This document shows positions 22,850 to 24,000 of a DNA stretch of 24,000 nucleotides, in pieces. The notes under the pieces were generated by a model. The model saw nothing but the letters and a program-made list of their open reading frames with translations. It was not told where the DNA came from and searched no databases. The translations under genes were made by a program, and so were the position numbers. Origin of the DNA: Vulcanimicrobium alpinum (GTDB lineage Bacteria; Vulcanimicrobiota; Vulcanimicrobiia; Vulcanimicrobiales; Vulcanimicrobiaceae); assembly GCF_027923555.1 (NCBI RefSeq), contig NZ_AP025523.1, forward strand, positions 1,716,484 to 1,740,483, read 5' to 3'. Numbering within the stretch: position 1 is the stretch's first letter; each line of letters opens with the position of its first letter.

Positions 22850-24000
22850 CGGCTTGCGCGAGCACGCGGCGGATCTCGTGGACGATCGCTGCCTGCGCTT
22901 CCTGGATCCGCGGGATGTCGTCGCACCGCACCACGATCGTGTGATCCGCGAGGCCGCGGCGAACGATCTCGCCGCCGTCGTATCCGAGGAGCGCGACGGT
23001 CAGCATCCCGCGCCGCCGCGCCTCGATCAACGCCGCGACGACGTTCTTCGACCCGCCGCTCGTCGAGAGCGCGAACGCGATGTCGCCGGCGCGGGCCTGC
23101 GCGATGATCTGCCGCAGAAAGATCGTCTCCATCCCGACGTCGTTGCCGATCGCCGTGACGATCGCCGGCTCGTTCGCGAGCGAGAACGCGCGCACCGGGC
23201 GCCAGCCGTGCGGCGGCTCGACGCAGTCGATCGCGAAATCGTCGGCGTCAGTCGCCGACCCGCCGTTGCCCAAGCTCAGGATCGTTGCGCCCGCGGCGAT
23301 CCGCTCGGCGATCGCGTCCGCCGCGGCGACGATCGCGGCGGCGTTCGCAGCAAGCTGCTCGCGCAAGCGCTCGGCGTCGCGCGACTTGGCGTGGATCGAC
23401 GCCGCCACGTCGCTCAGCAGCGCGGCGTCATCGTCGACCATCGCAACTCCCAGGTACGGATAGAGGAACGCGGAGGCACCGACGTCGTGACCGAGCGTGC
23501 GGCGTTCGAGGAACACGTGCACGCTTTCGTACAGCGTGTGGCCGAGCAGTTCGTTGAGCTCCTGATGGACGTGCGGATCGGCGCTCGGCGAGGCGAAGGC
23601 GAAGTCCGCATCATCGCGTTCGCCGGAGAGCGCAAGCGTGAGCGCGCCGGCATCCCGGGCCCGGCGCAGCGCGCGTCGAACCGCCGGATCGCCTTCAGGC
23701 GGCCCGAAGCCGATCGCGATGTCGCCGGACCGGATGCGTGCGCTGATCCCGCTCTCCGAACTTCCGCTCAGATCCGCGGCCGGCAACGCGCGCTTTCCGA
23801 CGATGACGGGATGAACGAACTCGACCGAGACGTGAGCCGCGTCGGTCGCGTACGCTTCGCGGCCGAACGTGCACAGCCGTCCGCCGGAGGTGAAACGCTC
23901 CGCGAGCGCTCGCGCGGCGAGCGCGATGCGCGCTCCCTCGCGGGCGAAGTACGAGCGCGCGAGCGGGCTGCGCGCGCGCAGACGTGCGGCGCACGCCGCG
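22839..24000 (-). CDS. Tandem SIS-domain protein (GmhA/DiaA-like fold), 5' end outside the window
   Basis: The track starts this ORF at 23786 (TTG). My translation shows the same frame stays open to position 24000 (...ARALAERFTSGGRLCTFGREAYATDAAHVSVEFVHPVIVGKRALPAADLSG...). The second SIS domain is canonical (ATILSLGNGGSATDADDFAIDC; DIAFALSTSGGSKNVVAALIEARRRGMLTVALLGYDGG; DIPRIQEAQAAIVHE). The first has a degenerate nucleotide/sugar-phosphate loop (FGREAYATDAAH instead of GNGGSxxDAxH). Confidence 0.75.
   Translation of the reverse strand, partial: AACAARLRARSPLARSYFAREGARIALAARALAERFTSGGRLCTFGREAYATDAAHVSVEFVHPVIVGKRALPAADLSGSSESGISARIRSGDIAIGFGPPEGDPAVRRALRRARDAGALTLALSGERDDADFAFASPSADPHVHQELNELLGHTLYESVHVFLERRTLGHDVGASAFLYPYLGVAMVDDDAALLSDVAASIHAKSRDAERLREQLAANAAAIVAAADAIAERIAAGATILSLGNGGSATDADDFAIDCVEPPHGWRPVRAFSLANEPAIVTAIGNDVGMETIFLRQIIAQARAGDIAFALSTSGGSKNVVAALIEARRRGMLTVALLGYDGGEIVRRGLADHTIVVRCDDIPRIQEAQAAIVHEIRRVLAQADGA

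Overview
The window is visibly GC-rich and densely coding. It appears to come from an organism with an outer membrane (it encodes a TonB-dependent receptor) that also carries a Gram-positive-style PASTA Ser/Thr kinase. I recognise four blocks.

(1) 1-3.7 kb, minus strand: a cell-wall and recombination block of class-B PBP, then a PknB-like kinase with five PASTA repeats, then the 5' part of ruvC.

(2) 3.7-7.4 kb: an uncharacterised Cys-containing protein, transcribed divergently from a 65-aa protein that is about one-third histidine. This is followed by a ribbon-helix-helix protein and a TonB-dependent outer-membrane receptor.

(3) 7.4-12.9 kb: an accessory patch with two different insertion sequences.
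- An IS5-family element has imperfect terminal inverted repeats and a CTAG target duplication. It sits exactly where two convergent genes overlapped.
- An IS3-family element has orfA/orfB and an A7 -1 frameshift site. It splits a TRAP-type DctP solute-binding gene.
- Between the two IS lies a csoR-family repressor (C-H-C signature). It is translationally coupled to a PF03773/ArsP-like permease and preceded by a perfect 15-bp G/C-tract palindrome.
- After the second IS come a family-III CoA-transferase and an enoyl-CoA hydratase.

(4) 14.9-24 kb: one co-directional minus-strand train of eight genes. In order they are a tandem-SIS protein (5' end outside the window), a CPHC glutaredoxin-like protein, HypF, a periplasmic-domain/NicO(RcnA)-like permease with an 18-His loop, a short NiCoT-signature permease (ATGA-coupled), a secreted DUF4331-like protein, a lipoprotein resembling the DUF4331 C-terminal half, and a membrane-anchored TPR protein.

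The most interesting content is this apparently uncharacterised nickel-handling module attached to hydrogenase maturation, together with the His-rich protein/RHH/TonB-receptor trio. I recognised no rRNA, tRNA or CRISPR array. Many long antisense ORFs in the track are high-GC shadow ORFs. All family assignments come from reading motifs by eye; no database search was run.
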